Shown piece by piece: positions 62,601 through 64,000 of a stretch of 64,000 nt of DNA (the first letter of the stretch is position 1; every line of letters starts with the position of its first letter). The position numbers and the translations under genes were made by a program. A model generated the notes under the pieces. It saw nothing but the letters and a program-made list of their open reading frames with translations, searched no databases and was not told the origin of the DNA. Source of the stretch: Thermoanaerobaculia bacterium (GTDB lineage Bacteria > Acidobacteriota > Thermoanaerobaculia > Multivoradales > UBA5704); contig DATMZM010000208.1 in the NCBI GenBank assembly GCA_035607445.1, forward strand, positions 1,286 through 65,285, read 5' to 3'.

Positions 62601-64000
62601 TCTGGAGCCGTGTGCTGGGTCTCGAAGAAATCGGCGTGCGCGACAACTTCTTTGCGCTTGGCGGCGATTCGATTCGAAGCCTGCAGGTGGTTTCTCTCGC
62701 TCGCGAGCGAGGGCTTTCGTTCACCCTCCAAGACCTCTTCAGCTTTCAGACGGTTTCGGAGCTCGCGGAGCACGCGGAGAGGACCAGCGCCGAATCGGTC
62801 GTTGCCGAGGGCGAACCCTTCGAAATGATCTCGGCGGAAGATCGACGGCGTGTGGAGCAGCGAGTGCCCGGAGCCGAGGATGCCTATCCTCTCGCTCGCC
62901 TCCAGGCGGGAATGCTGCTGCACATGACGCTCGCGCCGAGCGATCCGCCCTACCACAATGTCGACAGCTGGCGTTTACGCGCGCGTTTCCACGCGCGGGC
63001 GCTCGAAGTTTCGCTCGACGAAGTGGCCAGGCGCCATCCGGCTTTACGCACGTCATTTCATCTCGAAGGCTTCAGCGAACCGTTACAGGTTGTGCATGCG
63101 GATGTCGCCGTACCCTTTGGCGTCGCGGACCTTCGCGGGCTCGTTTCGGCGGCGCAGGAGCGAGAGATTCGGCGCTACGTCCGTGCCGAGAAAAGGCGTC
63201 TCTTCGATTTTACACACGCGCCCCAGCTGCGCTTTTTCATCCATCGCTGTGGAGAGACCGCCTTCCAGCTCACGGTGACCGAAAACCACGCGATCCTCGA
63301 CGGCTGGAGCCTGCACGCGACGCTCGAGGAGATCTTTGCCCGATACCTCGACCGCATCGCCGTGTTGCCGATGCAGCCGAAGCCGATGCCGCCGCCGCCA
63401 CGGTTGACCTTTCGCCAATTCGTGCGCGCGGAGCGCGAGATGCTCGCTTCGGTGGAAGTGGGCAGGGTTTGGGATCGGCTTCTCGAAGGCGCTTCGCTCC
63501 TCGTTCTGCCGCCGCTTCCCAGTGCGCTCGACCGCCGCGAGCCGCGCGTGCGGAAGCGCGTTTTCCAGGCGCCGCCCGCTGTGACGACCGGGCTCAGGCG
63601 CTTTGCGCGCGAAGCCGCGGTTCCGATCAAGAGCCTTGTCCTTGCGGCGCATCTGCGGGTTCTGTCCGCATGGGGCGGTACGACCGACGTGATGACCGGG
63701 CTGGTTGCGAACGGGCGCCCGGAAGTCCCCGAGGGCACAGAGGTGCGCGGCCTCTTCTTGAATTCTCTGCCTCTGCGCCTCGATCTCGGCGGGGGCACTT
63801 GGAGCGATCTCGCTCGAACGGCGTTTCGCGCCGAGCGCGATCTCGTTCCGACGCGGCTCTATCCGCTCGCCGTGCTTCAACAGCGCCATGGCGGACCCTT
63901 GTTCGAGGTGCTGTTCAATTACATCCACTTCCATGTCGTCGAGGGATTGCTTCGTACCGGCGAGATCGAAGTGCTTTCGTTCGATGGGCGCGAAGGCACG
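59510..64000 (+). CDS. Nonribosomal peptide synthetase, 3'-partial (runs off window end). Domains: N-dock, C, A(Thr), T(GGDS), then a variant C* domain that is truncated by the window.
   Basis: The ATG at 59510-59512 overlaps the gene 2 stop as ATGA. Read in frame 2 it gives [32 protein letters not shown]...[25 protein letters not shown] with no stop to nt 64000. HHIVSDGWS is near 60046, the A3 core near 61476, the PCP GGDS near 62670 and C* '[14 protein letters not shown]' near 62882. This gene is absent from the ORF track because it lacks an in-window stop. Confidence 0.9.
   Translation, partial: [1497 protein letters not shown]
59640..62790 (+). other. Gene 3 module 1: C-A(Thr, DFWNVGMVHK)-T(GGDS).
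   Basis: [25 protein letters not shown] and [10 protein letters not shown]. A domain carries [92 protein letters not shown] and [12 protein letters not shown]. PCP motif [24 protein letters not shown]. Confidence 0.85.
62815..64000 (+). other. Variant condensation-family domain C*, second copy (gene 3), 3'-truncated by the window. C3 motif reads NHAILDGWS.
   Basis: [36 protein letters not shown]...[22 protein letters not shown]...[21 protein letters not shown]...[13 protein letters not shown]...[34 protein letters not shown]. Confidence 0.7.

Overview
The whole 64-kb window is uninterrupted + strand NRPS coding sequence with very high GC. There are no intergenic gaps and no RNA genes, mobile elements, CRISPR arrays or tailoring/transport genes.

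Three co-directional genes are present:
- Gene 1 (1..42255) is a giant NRPS, open to the upstream window edge, at least 14,085 aa in-window, with 13 A, 13 PCP and 12 C domains.
- Gene 2 (42252..59513) is a 5,753-aa, 5-module NRPS.
- Gene 3 (59510..>64000) is the 5' end of a third NRPS.

The genes are joined by 4-nt overlaps (TTGA, ATGA). Basic/acidic C-terminal tails pair with N-terminal heads in a way that suggests docking elements. The window holds 19 C-A-T modules spaced about 3.2 kb apart, with no room for E, MT, Cy or TE domains.

My hand-read Stachelhaus codes suggest this order:
- Gene 1: Ala - ? - Asp - Leu - ? - Thr - Ile - ?(DPRH-type) - Gly - Thr - Thr - Gln - Ser.
- Gene 2: Thr - Gly - Thr - Gln - Ser.
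- Gene 3: Thr - ...

That gives a repeating Thr-Gly-Thr-Gln-Ser unit and a product of at least 19 residues from this window alone.

The most unusual content is three in-line sulfotransferase-like domains of about 300 aa. They carry a P-loop 'PPRSGTTLLRVML...PPELELL' reminiscent of the ST domains of curacin CurM and olefin synthase. Each sits between a PCP and the next C domain, after an A domain with a Thr-type code, and follows an atypical GGNS-motif PCP. A fourth, homologous Thr module has lost exactly this domain.

Other notable points:
- Two variant C domains (first motif His replaced, 'NHAIFDGWS'; N-terminal '[14 protein letters not shown]') follow Thr modules whose PCPs carry the E-domain-type 'GGDSI' signature.
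- A C domain carries HHIACDD in place of HHxxxDG.
- A roughly 9.4-kb block is duplicated at about 90% nt identity between the 3' end of gene 1 and the 3' end of gene 2, with an upstream one-module indel.

All long ORFs on the minus strand and in alternative frames are judged high-GC artefacts.
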